This document shows, one piece after another, positions 50,120 through 62,840 of a stretch of 64,000 nt of DNA. The position numbers were made by a program, and so were the translations under genes. A model generated the notes under the pieces. The model did not search any database. It was not told the DNA's origin and saw nothing but the letters and a program-made list of their open reading frames with translations. Source of the DNA: Chiloscyllium plagiosum (Eukaryota); NCBI RefSeq assembly GCF_004010195.1, contig NC_057711.1, forward strand, positions 75,940,208 to 76,004,207, written 5' to 3'. Each line of letters opens with the position of its first letter. Position 1 is the stretch's first letter.

Positions 50120-51570
50120 ATGTATTATATGTGCTTGTCACCAGTAAGGCCAGTATTTGTTGCCCAGCAACTGAGAAAATGATAATAATCCACAAGTTAA
50201 ACTGTTGCAGTCCATAGAGTCTCTGGCATATTCACAATACAGTTAGAGGATGATTTCCAGGTTTTTGAACAAATGAAGTGAAGAAAATGTAATATAGTTC
50301 TACATCAAGATGGTATATAAACTTGCAGGTGGTGCTGGGCCTATGCACATATACCCTTTAGCCTCCTGCATGGTATTGGTCAGGGTTTGAAAGATGCTAT
50401 TGAGGGGGGCTTAGTAAATTACTGAAGTGCACTTTGTAGAGTCATAGAATCCCTACAGTGTGGAAACAGGCCATTTGGCCCAACAAGTCCACACCAACCC
50501 TCCAAAGTCCACCCAGACCCATTCCCCTACCCTATCATTATACATTTACCCCTGACTAATGCGCCTAACCTACACATCCCTGAACAGTATGGGAAATTTA
50601 GCATGGCCAACTCACCTAACCTGTACATCTTTGGATTGTGGGAGAAACCGAAGCACCCAGAGGAAATCCACACAGACACAGGGAGAATGTGCAAACTCCC
50701 CATGGACAGTCGCCCAAGGCTGGATTCAAACCAAAGTTCCTGGTACTGTCAGGCAACAGTGCCAACCACTGACCAGCACATACTGCTACCACTGTGCATC
50801 AGTGATTGAGGGAATGAATGTTTAAGTTGGTGGATGAAGTAATAATCAATTAGGCTGCTTTTTTCTAGAAGCTTTGAGATTCTTGTGTGTTATTGGAGGT
50901 GTACTTATCCTGCAAGTGAAGAGTATCCCACTAAGTTCTTGACATGTGCCTTGTAGATAGTCAACAGGCTTAGGGAAAGCAGGTGGTGGATTACTAGCCT
51001 CAAATTTCCCAGAATCTGACCTACTTTAGTAGCTACGATATTGATATGATTGATCCAGTTGGTTTCTGGTCAATAGTAACCCTCCAGATGCTGATAATGG
51101 GGAAATTTAGTGATTGTAAAGCTGTTGAATTGAAGGAGTGATGGTTAGATTCTCTCTTGTCGGAGATGGACATTGCCTGGCTCTTGTATGAACAAATCTA
51201 TCTTTTCCCTTCTCAAACCTGAGTGTTGTTCAGGTCTTGTTGCAGGTAGATAAGGACTATTTCAGTGTCTGAGAAGTTGCTGAATATTGCACAATCATCA
51301 GGAAGCATCTGGAAGGAAAGGTTTTCTCCTGATCCTCATTTGACTTCAAGTTTTACTAAGATATCTCAATGTCACATCTAGTCAGTTGCTGTCTTGACGT
51401 TAAAGTCAGTGACCCTCCTCTCACTTCTGACATTTAATTCATTTGTACATACTTAAACCAAAACAATAGGGAGAGCTGGGACCAATTGACCCTAGTGAAA
51501 CCCAGACTGAGCATTTGTGAACAGATTTGAGTCCCATTTGATTGTACTGTCACTGACATCTTCCATTATT
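50120..51570 (-). mobile_element. Decayed LINE (family of 5560 and 28445) with nested minus-strand SINE (~50440-50775)
   Basis: Same 3'-end motif as 5560-5720, extending into RT-like sequence; the SINE body is as in other copies. Confidence 0.6.
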
Positions 51571-53169
51571 TGAAATCCTTTCTTATTTCCAATCTCATTA
51601 GAGAGCCTTAATTGGTTGAGAAAATAGAAAACTCCATAATGAACTGTGAAATTACAACCCATTGTTAAAGCAGAACAGGGGAAACATTTTCTTTAGTATG
51701 AGAAAGCGAGAACTCATTTTCTTTTAGTTTCCTCTGATTAACACTGAATTCCCTGATACTGGGTACACAAAATGGAAGACTGCTACATTCCCCAACACTG
51801 ACAGTCTTTATTTGAATGATAAAAATAAATCTAAATGTCAATATTTAAATGTGTAAGTGTTAGCTTCCTTAATTACATAGAATAGCCCATAACTTCAATG
51901 ACATACTATAAATAAAACATAAAATGTCAGATTTACATCTGTACTATGTACCGTGCTATAAGAAATTCAGCAGTAAATGTGGATTTGTGCTTGACTTAGA
52001 AGAAGCTAATGATAACATTAAAAATCCAGTCCCAATAACTACAGATTGACAATTTTCTTCTGATCCTAACTAAAAGTAAGAAACTTTAATATTGCAGAAA
52101 CATTCAGTAAGATGAGCTTGGCCAGAAATGGACGCAATATATTGATTTTAACTTTGAAATTAAAGTTGATATTTAATAACCATTTTGCACAAAGTTTATT
52201 CAAATTTGAATTTGATTGCTTTTAATGTTTTAGTTCTTCTGCTTTTCAGTTGGTTCTTTGTTTTTAAAAAAAAATTCTCAATAATGTTCTCTCACATTTT
52301 TGTCCCATCCTCTCCTCTCCCCTCTCCCAATCATTGATTGCTTCTTTGGATACAGTTCTATCAGTGATAATCACTCTCTGCAATTCATCCATGGCTGTTG
52401 GACAGACATAGGTGACCCTGGACAATGAATGTTGGCAGTTTATTTCCTCATATGGGCGCCTCTGCTGTGTCTGATGCAGTCTTCACCTCATGTTGACACA
52501 AATACACATCCAGTAGCAATTATATTTGGGAAACATGGTAAATATTCCTTTCCTTGACTCAGAAATCCTGCAGATAATTGCATGGTTAGTTGAGATCAAT
52601 TAATTCAGCGAAGACCAGGGATTGAACTTGGCAATGACCTGAGGTGCGCAGAATACCTACTCAATGTAGAAATTCACTAAGCCCTGAAAGTAATAACCCA
52701 TGCTACAGATCCATTGGAGTAGAGCAGACTAGAGTTTCATATCGGGACCATGCAAAATCCACGATACAGCTGACTTCATTGGAATTGGCTGAGAAATTAA
52801 AATTTCCTGCCTCTGGGACCCTACGAAAGAGTCCATTAAAGTCAGAATATTTTGAATGTGTCAGCTCACCTAAGCTTAATAATTAAAGCGTTAGAATCTT
52901 ACTGTAACTCCAGAATAATTATTGAAAACCTTAGCTCATCACTGATTCCAAACACCCCTACCCTACCTCCCCTACCACCCGCTCCCCTCTACAGCTAAAT
53001 TGTACCTCCTTTAATCATTTCAGCCAACAACAACCCCTCAGAACAGGGAACCCTCCTCAGACCTGACCTGATTCCAGCAATCCCGCCTCCTGGACCTTAT
53101 ACCCAGCACCTAGATCCACAGACTGCCTGAGGCTGGGACAGAATTAGACACTGTTATCAAAGTGGATAT

Positions 53170-53800
53170 AGGCAGGTTCATGATGTTGTGAAAATGCAAT
53201 TGGAAACTCATCTTGTGGTCAAATATGACCGTGAGGCTGTGAACAATCTGATTCAGTCTCAGACAGTTGTCAAAGGGTGAGATGATATTGCGATGAGATG
53301 TTTATGGCAATGACTGAAGACAATGGCTTCAGTCTAGAATATTTGGTTGGAGAAAACATCTGCTCGTCCATCTTTACATGAGGTGCAAGCATTTTGACAA
53401 TTTACAGGTAGTGGAGGATTAAGAGCGGTGGTGTGAGGTAAGGTGGCCTGTGATCAGCATATATGCAGAACCTGCCTCTATATTTTCAAATGAGACCACT
53501 GAAGGTCATCAGAGAAATGAGAAGTAAGAGGGTCCCAAAGACAGATCCTCAAGGGTAACCAGAGATAATGAATAAGAAACCCACCTATGATAGGTGATTA
53601 CTGTTCGATCTGGATGATGGTGGAGAGGGATTGGAGGAGAATGGCATGGTCAAGTATGTCAAAGGCTTAACTATAAACAGTTAAGAAGGATGAAGAGGTA
53701 CAGTTTACTAGAGTCATAGTCACATTGTGTAGTATTTAAGGGTGAAGACATGTTCTTTGAAGCAAGGTTACATCTTTGCTTTAAGAGCTTGATATCAAAC
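53170..53800 (-). mobile_element. L2-like LINE RT remnant
   Basis: Minus strand ..IYADH..YLT.. (YADD-like, ~53435-53468) and LRLNQIVHSLTVIFDHKMSFQLH, an L2-type pattern. Confidence 0.55.
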
Positions 53801-53839
53801 TGTTGTAAGAAAAGGTACCATAATGAGTCAGGGAACTCA

Positions 53840-54600
53840 GAAACACGAAAACTAGAAGTAGGATATTCAGCTAATCAGACTGCTCCACCATTAAACATGA
53901 TCGTGCCTTATCCTCTATGCAAATGCCATTGTCTAGCTCTCCCCTCATGCAACTTGACACTTGCAGTTCTCAGAAATCCAATTCTTTGTCAAATATATTC
54001 TGTGACTTTGTCCCCACTACCTTCTGTGGTAAAGATTTCACAGATTCACCACCCTCTTAGTGAATAAATTTCAGCTCATCTCAGTCTGGTGGCTACAGAA
54101 CCAAAAGATATAGCAGCACAAGTAGGTTTGTTGGCCCATTGAGTCTGCTCCTTCATTCAGTAAGCTCTTAGCCAATTTGATCATTCTCAACTCCATTTTC
54201 TTGCCTTATCCCCATAAGCCTCGCCTTCCTTACTTATTAAAAATATGCCCACTTCAGCCTTGCATATACTTAATGACATAGTCTGAGAGCCCTCTGTGAT
54301 AAAGAATTTCACAGATTCATAACCCTCAGAGAAAAAAAAAACATTTTCTCTATCTTAAATAGATGAGCCCTTCCCCTGAGATTATTCCCTCTGATTCAGG
54401 TTCCACAAGGGCAACAACCTCTCTTCATTACACTGTAAATCTCCCATTAACCCTATTAATTTTTATGTTTCAACAAAGTCTCCTCTCATTTTTCTAAACT
54501 CCAATGTGTAGACATCCAAACTAGTTGACTTTTGCTTATTAGGCAATTCTTTTGTTATCAAAATCAACTCAGTGAACCTTCTCTGGACTGCCTCCACCTT
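53840..54600 (-). mobile_element. Two decayed CR1 3' ends
   Basis: Repeated CACAGATTCA..ACCCTC and AGTAGG..ATTCAGC/GGCCCATTGAGTCTGCTCC tail motifs. Confidence 0.65.
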
Positions 54601-55171
54601 ATATTTGAGTTTTGAGTTTGATTTAGTGTTGTCACATCTACTGAGATACAGTGAAAAGTGTTGTTTTGCGTGCTATACAGGCAGATCATATCATATAAAT
54701 TGCATCAGGGTAGCAGAACAGTTTTACCTGCACATCCACTAATATCATTTATTGTATCCGTTGCTCCCGATGCGGTCTCCTCTACATTGGGGAGACTGGG
54801 CGCCTCCTAGCAGAGCACTTTAGGGAATATCTCTGAGACACCCGCACCAATCAACCAAACCGCCCCGTGGCCCAACATTTCAACTCCCCCTCCCACTCTG
54901 CCGAGGACATGGAGGTCCTGGGCCTCCTTCACCGCCACTCCCTCATCACCAGGCACCTGGAGGAAGAACGCCTCATCTTCCGCCTCAGAACACTTCAACC
55001 CCAGGGCATCAATGTGGATTTCAACAGTTTCCTCATTTCCCCTTCCCCCACCTCACCCTAGTTCCAAACTTCCAGCTCAGCACTGTCCCCATGACTTGTC
55101 CGGACTTGTCCTACCTGCCTATCTCCTTTTCCACCTACCCACCCTCTCCTCCCTGACCTATCACCTTCATC

Positions 55172-55461
55172 NNNNNNNNNNNNNNNNNNNNNNNNNNNNN
55201 NNNNNNNNNNNNNNNNNNNNNNNNNNNNNNNNNNNNNNNNNNNNNNNNNNNNNNNNNNNNNNNNNNNNNNNNNNNNNNNNNNNNNNNNNNNNNNNNNNNN
55301 NNNNNNNNNNNNNNNNNNNNNNNNNNNNNNNNNNNNNNNNNNNNNNNNNNNNNNNNNNNNNNNNNNNNNNNNNNNNNNNNNNNNNNNNNNNNNNNNNNNN
55401 NNNNNNNNNNNNNNNNNNNNNNNNNNNNNNNNNNNNNNNNNNNNNNNNNNNNNNNNNNNNN
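55172..55461. other. Assembly gap (290 N)
   Basis: Run of N. Confidence 1.
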
Positions 55462-55514
55462 CACCCCCACCCTCCTCTAGCTTATCTCTCCACGCTTCAG
55501 GCTCTCTGCCTTTA

Positions 55515-55548
55515 TTCCTGATGAAGGGCTTTTGCCCGAAACGTCGAT
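55515..55548 (+). ncRNA. Minimal hammerhead ribozyme motif with intact catalytic core
   Basis: CTGATGA(55518-55524)-A-GGGC-TTTT-GCCC-GAAA(55538-55541)-C-GTC(55543-55545). Confidence 0.8.
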
Positions 55549-55989
55549 TTTGCTGCTTGTCGGATGCTGCCTGAACTGCTGTGCTCTTCCAGCACCACTG
55601 ATCCAGAATCTGGTTTCCAGCATCTGCAGTCATTGTTTTTACCTAGCAGAACAGAGTACAGGCTACAATGTTACAACTGCTGAGAAGGTGTAGAGAGGTC
55701 AACATTAACATTAAAGAGATCTATTTAAAAGCCTGATAACAATGGGGAAGAAGCTGTTCTTAAATTTTTACGTGTATTCAGAATTTTATATCTTCTGCCT
55801 GACAGAAGAGGGTGGAAGAGAGTATAATCGTGGTGATTTTGTTGATTGCTTTCTCAAGGCAGAAGGACATCCAGATGGAGCTAATATAGATAGCCTTTCT
55901 CCCTCTCTGAGATACATCTTTGTTGTGGGTGATGAATTATTTTCTCAAATATCTGCCATCATTTCCTAATTGACTTTTCTACTAAACTC

Positions 55990-57340
55990 TTTTCACAGAC
56001 CAGGCCAAGTGACCACTTATTCCTTTGTCATTATCTTTATGTATGTTTAATATAGTTGTTTCTGATCTAGGTTTCTCACTTTCAAACTGTTATGGTTACT
56101 GTTCCTTGGAGGATAATTCTGAAGATAATTCCTTAAGTCTGAGTCATTACACAAATCCAAAATTACTTAATTCCTGGTTATATCCACAACATATTATTCC
56201 TGGAAACTGTTCCAAATACTCTCTATGAATTCTTCTTCAAGGTATACTTTCCAGCCTAATTTTCCCAATCTACATGAAGGTTGAAGTCACCCACGATCAG
56301 TGTACTGCCTTTTAATAGCCCTCATTATCTCCTGGTTTATTCTCTGCCCAAGATCTCAGCCCCTGTTAGGCTACTCCCACCTCTCTTTTCTTCCCCAGTT
56401 ATACCTTTCTTTGAACCATACAAATTCAACATCATTGTATCCAAAACCACCTCTTGCTATTGCAATGATTCTATCGCATATTAACAAAGCTATTTATCAC
56501 CCTTTCTTTCCTGCCAGTTCTTTATTGAAACATCATTTAGCTATTTAGCTGTCAACTTTGTGATCTCCTTGTAACCATGTTTACACAATAGCTATGAGAT
56601 CATACCCATTAACCTCTTTGTGCTAACAATTCAGTTAGTTTTGTCCACACATTTAAGTTAAGAGTCATTATTTTTGCTGCTGTGTCATTTTTCCCTCTTT
56701 GACCCTATTTGCAACTGTTTTCTTATGTTTGTGTACTCTGTCCCTTCCTATCCCACTTTGAGTAGCAATATCAAAATAATTGCCCTGCAATGCCACCATA
56801 TCCTTTTGCTTTCTTAGTCACCATAACACCCCTCCTCTCCTCTAATTAGTTTAAAACACCCCCTATAGCCCTAGTTATTCAGTTCAACAGCACACTGGTC
56901 CCAGCATGGTTTCACTGAAGCCCATCTGAATGGAATAGCTCCCTTCTACTCCAATGAATGTACCAGTGACCCCATTTCTCTCACACCAATCCTTAATCTA
57001 TACATTTAACTTCTTAACTTTATTTAAAATGAGTCATTTTGCCTGTGGATAAGTTAGTAATCCTGAGAGTATTACCGTGGAGGTTTTTCAGTTTAGTGCT
57101 TAACTGTTCAAAATCTTTCAGCAGAACCTTCTCTGTAGTCCTATCAATGTCATTACTGCCAAAGTGGATGAAGAAAACTAGACCTCTTAGTTCCCATTCC
57201 AAATTACTCTCTGACTCTGAGAACATACCTTCAATCCTGGCATCAAATAAGCAAGACAACCCTTGGGACTTACATTAATGGCTGCAAAAAAAACTCTATC
57301 TATCCCCCTAATTATATAGTCTCTTACCATTACTGCCTCC
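55990..57340 (-). mobile_element. Old CR1 5' portion: ORF1 SGNH-esterase-like region and APE remnant
   Basis: VMVRDYIIRGIDR and CLFDARIEG...VFFIHFGSNDIDR (cf. GDS and HVGTND blocks). Confidence 0.7.
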
Positions 57341-57879
57341 CAATTTTGTAAATACTTTAAGTCTTTCAATGAACTACTGGTATAACTCAGAGGAGCAGTT
57401 CAAATTGGACAGTAATTTCCTTGAAGTCCATGCTTAAGTGTGCATCTATGGTAATTAAAAGCTGCTGACCTGGTTACTTGATGATAACAGTGAAGGTTGT
57501 TAACCTCACCATCATTTCCCCAGCAAAATACAGCAGATTTTTCTTTAGCTGCTGTGCCTCCCAATAGTGCTCCTACCTCAGAAGCTTATTGATTCAAATA
57601 CCACTCTAGAGGGATCAAAGCTAACATTTCAGCATAGAACTGAGGAAGTGTTGCACTGTATGAAGTGCTTTTTTGATGTGATGTTGCATTTCATAAGTAC
57701 TTAATTGTGCTTCAGCAAATGCTGCAAAATATTTGGGACAACCCTTTGTGAAACGCACAGTATAATTGCAAATCATTCTTTCATTCCAGCAATATGATCT
57801 TCTATTGAGCAAGAAATGTCTCTAATTAGGAGTCATTCATTTTAACATGCTTAAAAAGTCCTATCCTCTAATGCACCAG

Positions 57880-58080
57880 AAAAACAAATAAAGTATTTTG
57901 GAGAAACTCAGCAGGTCTGACGGTATCTGTGGAGAAACAGGTTTGTTTTAAGTCCAGAATCCAGGCCCAATCTTTGAATTATTTGGGTTCACAATATTAA
58001 CACTGTTTCTCTCTCCAAGATGCTGACAGAGCTGCTGAGTTACTCCAGACCTTTTCTTTCAAATTTCCAGCATCATAATT
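57880..58080. mobile_element. Decayed palindromic PLE-terminus derivative
   Basis: GGAGAAACTCAGCAGGTCTGACGGTATCTGTGGAGAAACAG / CTGTTTCTCTCTCCAAGATGCTGACAGAGCTGCTGAGTTACTCC inverted arms. Confidence 0.55.
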
Positions 58081-58615
58081 TTTTCACCCTTATGGATCAG
58101 ATTGTTTCAAAACACAACCCTTCTACGATTGATTATTTACCCGAGAACCTCAGGATAAAGAGCATTATGTTCTAGATGACAATGTAGATAAAGAAAATTG
58201 GAAACAGATTTTAAATCCAATTTCTTGGTGGCATGTTGACTAAATATTGATGAGCTATTTATGAAGCTTGCGTTTTAAGAAACATTTGAAGAAGCTGTAA
58301 ACATCAGTTGTGGTAGTTAATAAGAAAATATCTTGCTCTGTCATATAGCTAAGGTTATAGTAAAGTTATTAATTTTTCTAAACTTGAAGTCCTCTAAGAG
58401 AAAAGCCCTTCCATTATTAACATTTTTCTTAAGGCACATCCTTCAATCTCTAAATAAACTGAGAACTTTCAAACTGTGTGCATAACATGATTGTCAGACC
58501 CAACTATGTTCAGGAGTAGCCTGGTGAGAGAACTTGGACATGTGCCTCCTACAATTTGTGGTAAATAAACATAACATCACCCCAATCTCAACTTCCTGTT
58601 AAAGACCATGTTTTT

Positions 58616-58926
58616 AGATTAGATTCCCTACAGTTCAGAAACAGACCCTTTGACCCAACCAGTCCATACCGACCCTCCGAAGAGTAAACCACCAGACCCA
58701 TTTCCCTCTGACTAGCAGCTAGCACTATGGGCAATTTAGCATGGCAATTCACCTAACCTGCACATCTTTGGACTGTGGGAGGAAACCGGAGCACCTGGAG
58801 AAAACCCACGCAGGCACAGGGAGAATGTGCAGACTTCAGACAGATGGTTGGCCGAAGCTGGAATCAAACCTGGGACCCTGGCGCTGTGAGGCAGCAGTGC
58901 TAACCACTGAGCCACCGTGCCGCCCC
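58616..58926 (-). mobile_element. Full-length tRNA-derived SINE
   Basis: Minus-strand head GGGGCGGCACGGTGGCTCAGTGGTTAGCACTGCTGCCTCACAGCGCCAGGGTCCCAGGTTTGATTCC; ATCTA tail. Confidence 0.9.
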
Positions 58927-58989
58927 TTTGTTCGATATGGTCACCCTGAAGTTTAAGGGTGCATAGACAGAAATTGGGTAACCGTATAA

Positions 58990-61070
58990 CATTGAAGTAA
59001 TTCAGTTCGCAGACGGTAAACAAAGAGTAGGAGAAAATGGGTCTTTTTCTGAATGCCAAGCAGTGCCTAGTGGGATATTGCAGGGATTAGTACTAAGACC
59101 CCAGCTATTCACAATACATGTTAATAATTCAGATGAGCCAACTAAATGCAAAATTTCAAAATTTGCAGATGACAAAAGCTGGGTAGAAGACTAAGCTGTA
59201 AGGTGGATGCACATACGTTGCAGTGAGACTTAGACAGGCTGGGTGAGTGGGCAAATGCAGTATAATGTGGATAAATGTGAGGTTATCCACTTTGGTAGCA
59301 AAATAGGAAGGCAGATTATTATGTGAATAACTGTAAATTGAGAAGGGGAATGTTTAACGAGATCTGGTGTCTTGTGCACTAGTCACTGAAAGTAAGTGTG
59401 CAGGTACATCAGGCAGTAAAGAGGGCAAAGTGTCTGTTGGCTGTCATAGCAAGAGGATTGGAGTACAGGAACAAGGATGTCTTGTTGCAATATAGAGATC
59501 CTTGGTGAGGCCGCACCTGGAAAACTGTGCGCAGATTTGGTCTCCTTATCTGAGGAACGATGTTCTTGCTAAAGAGGGAGTGTAGCAAAGGTTTACCAAA
59601 TTGACTCCTGGGATGGTAGGACAGACATATGAGAAGAGATTGAGTTGATTCAAATTGTTTTTACTGGGGTTCAGATGAATGAGGGATTATCTCTTTGAAA
59701 TCTGTAAAATTCTAACAGAACTAGACAGATTAGGGGTAGAAGTGGTGGGCCAGTCCAAAACTAGGGAGTCACAGTTTGAGGACTGGGATGAGGAGAAATT
59801 TATTCACCCAGAGATGGTGAGCCTGTGGCATTCTTTTCGCAGAAAGTTGAGGCCAAAGCATTTTGTTTTCAAGTAGGTATATACAGCTCTGTGGCTGAAG
59901 GGATCAAAGGATAAAGTGGGATTAGGGCATTGAACCTCAAAGACCAGCCATGCTCAGGGTTGGTGTGGACTCGATGGGCTGAATGGCCTGCTTCCAAACT
60001 GTAGGTATTCTGTGATTCTATGATGGAGGAGGGAGTGATCTAGATTCCTAACACATTGGAACCAGTTCTGGATTGTAGTAGGACCTGTTCAAGCAAAATG
60101 GGTTATACCTGAAAAGAACTGGAATCAATGTCCTCATGTGGTTACTTACTTATTGTGTTTAGAGAACTTGATGATTGAAGTTTTCAATAAGAAACAGAAA
60201 GAACAGGTAAGGGTAATATTGTTGTTGTGGTGTATATTCACTTCCAAAGGGTGCCATGTCGCAGGCTTGATTTTCATCAAACCAAAATTGTTTTGAGTTA
60301 CTACAGAGAGAAAGAGTAGTAGTGAACATTCGATTTTTAGTCTGGAGAAAATTATATAGTGGGGTTAACCAGGAGCAGGTATCAGAACTACTGCCTTTCT
60401 TGATATATAATAATAATAATTGGTGTGCAAATCACAAGTTCATCAGATGTGAGGCAGATGAAATTTAATGTTGAGAAGTATGAGTTAATGCATTTTGGAA
60501 GGAATAATGAGGTCAGTAGAAAACAAAGGATAACATTCTATAGAGAATGCATGAACAGGGGACTCAGGAGGTATTTGTGTACAAATCAATGAAGCTGGCC
60601 AAGCAGGATGAATAAACAATTAATGAGATATAGAGACCTTGGGCTTATTAAAAAAAAGATTTACAGGAATGTTTCAAGGATGAGGGACTTCAATGAAATG
60701 AATAGAAACTTGGTGTTTTTTTTTAACTCTGGTCAGAATAGATGGGAAGAAACTGTTCCCATTGGTGAAAGGGTCAAGAATCAAAATATTGATTTAAGGT
60801 GATTTACAAACAAAAAACAGAAGTGACACGAAGTACAGGATGGTGATGCAGCATGTGATTAGGATTTGGAATGCACTGACTGAGAGTCTGATGATAGCAG
60901 GTTCAACTGTGGCTTTCAAAAGGATTTGATACTTAACTGAAAAGGAAAAATGTTACAGAGTTGAAAGAGTCAGAGGATTGGGAGAGCTGAGTTACTCTTT
61001 CAGAGAACAGGTGCAGACAAGGCACGCTGAATAGTCTCCTTCCGTCCAGTAATGATTTTATGATTCTGTG
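58990..61070 (+). mobile_element. Two successive decayed CR1 RT-to-tail fragments
   Basis: SKFADD (TCAAAATTTGCAGATGAC), YNVDKCEVIHFG, LVRPHLE; a second, more decayed copy starts at ~60130. Confidence 0.75.
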
Positions 61071-61789
61071 CACAGCTCTTGTAATAATGATGTAGCAGAA
61101 AAAAAGGAATATAGCAAATGTAAAATGACTGACATATTGGTAAATTTCAAGAGATTAATATTAAACTTCGGAGACCAATAGTTAATGTTTCAGTATTGCT
61201 TTGTGCTGAAATACTCATAAATATGTACAGTGTCATCAGTTTTTAACCTGGTTGCCAGGTGAGATTTCCCATGGAAACAGATATCACATATTAAGGGGGA
61301 AGTAAACATCATCTGTGTTGACTTGTTGCAAACAAGCAGTCTGCAAAAATGGAGCTTTGGTAAAGTGAAACAATGAAAGGGCATTGGCTTCATTCTCTTC
61401 CACTTCATTTCATTCAGACCCACTTTTGTCAAATTAAAATGAGAGAGACTTAGCTCCATATATTTGCAGATACGACCATGATCTGCAGCACTGATCATAC
61501 TGTAATCATGAAAACCTCTGGGAAATGCATGTCTTTTTTTTAAAAAGAACTATTATTTAAAGCCCAGATGTAAATTCCCAGGTGGTTGGCATTCAGTTGA
61601 GACTGATTATATGAAATAGTTTGACACTTATAGCTCCACTTCTTGCCAGTATACGTCAACACCACTAAACAGCCATTAGATGCATCAACGTGAACCTATG
61701 TTCGAGTTAATGTGTGCAGGTTAACAGTGCAAGATTGCCAGTATGCACAGATCATAGCACTGGAACCATCCATAAGTTTCAAACCACAA

Positions 61790-62840
61790 CAGTGTATGAG
61801 AATAATAAAGCTAAAAGGATATTTTTCTGTATTGGCAGACAAGAATTAAAGAGACAAATCACCCAGGAGCAGATATCTCAGCCTCCTTATCTATGGAAAG
61901 ATATTCTGGTAATGGAGGGAGAACAGTTACAGGTTTACCAGACTGATTCCTAGGACAACAGGATTGAAGAGAGACTGGATCAGTTATGACTATATTCAGT
62001 GATGTTTAGAAGAATGAGGGGGTGTTCTCATTGACACCTATAAAATTCTGGAGTTTAGATTAGAGTGGTGCTGGAAAAGCACAGCAGGTCAGGCAGCATC
62101 CGAGGAGCTGGGAAATCGATGTTTTGGGCAAAAGTCCTTCATCAGGAATAGAGGAACAGGACTAGACAAATGTAGGGCCCTCGTTTGCACTCAGTATTTG
62201 CTGATTTTAAGTGATTTCAATCAACCCTGATCCCTGGTTTTAGACACTGGACTTATTTAGAGAATGTGAAATGAAGAAGGCTGTGGGCAGGTGTTTCAGA
62301 ACAAAAGTATCTCTGTTTTTGTTTAAATACAAAAAGGGTAGGTATTATACAAGAACTAAAGGCAAATGCAATAAACTGGTGGGATTAACACAATTATACA
62401 GAGGACAGTAATTAAATACTAGTAGAACCTAAACAACCGTTTTGATGACAGTTTAGGCTTTCTACCCTTGAGGTCCATGAACTGTCACCAATTGCCCACA
62501 GTTTAAGGGATGTGGGCTATGCTTAGTTAGGACTGAGGAGAAATTTCTTCACCCACATAAAGTGGTTGAGGCCAAGATATTGATTGTTTAAGAAGGAGTT
62601 AGATATAATTCTTGGGCCAAAGGGATCAGAAATAAAAGTGGGAATTGGGTATGTATTGGATGATCATATTATCACTAACTACCTGACGAAGGAGCAGTGC
62701 TCCAAAAGCTTGTACTTCCATGTATAGTAAACCTGTTGGACAATAACCTGACGTTGTGTGATTTTTAACCATCATCAGATTGAATGGCAGGGCAGATTTG
62801 AAGGGATAAACAGCCGACTCCTGCTTTTATTTTATGTTTC
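61790..62840 (+). mobile_element. Decayed CR1 3' region with nested PLE-terminus fragments (minus ~62050-62155, plus ~62680-62770)
   Basis: Nested pieces carry degenerate hammerheads: minus ATTCCTGATGAAGGACTTTTGCCCAAAACATCG and plus CCTGACGAAGGAGCAGTGCTCCAAAAGCTTG. Confidence 0.65.

Larger units (their letters stand above)
54722..55643 (+). mobile_element. 5'-truncated young Penelope-like element with 11-bp TSD (contains assembly gap)
   Basis: FTCTSTNIIYCIRCSRCGLLYIGETGR...VAQHFNSPSHS...RHLEEERLIFRLRTLQPQGINVDF (GIY-YIG); TAGCAGAACAG at 54711-54721 and 55644-55654. Confidence 0.92.

Noticed and set aside
55012..55633. ORFs of 111-191 aa
   Set aside because: Artefacts of translating through the N gap.
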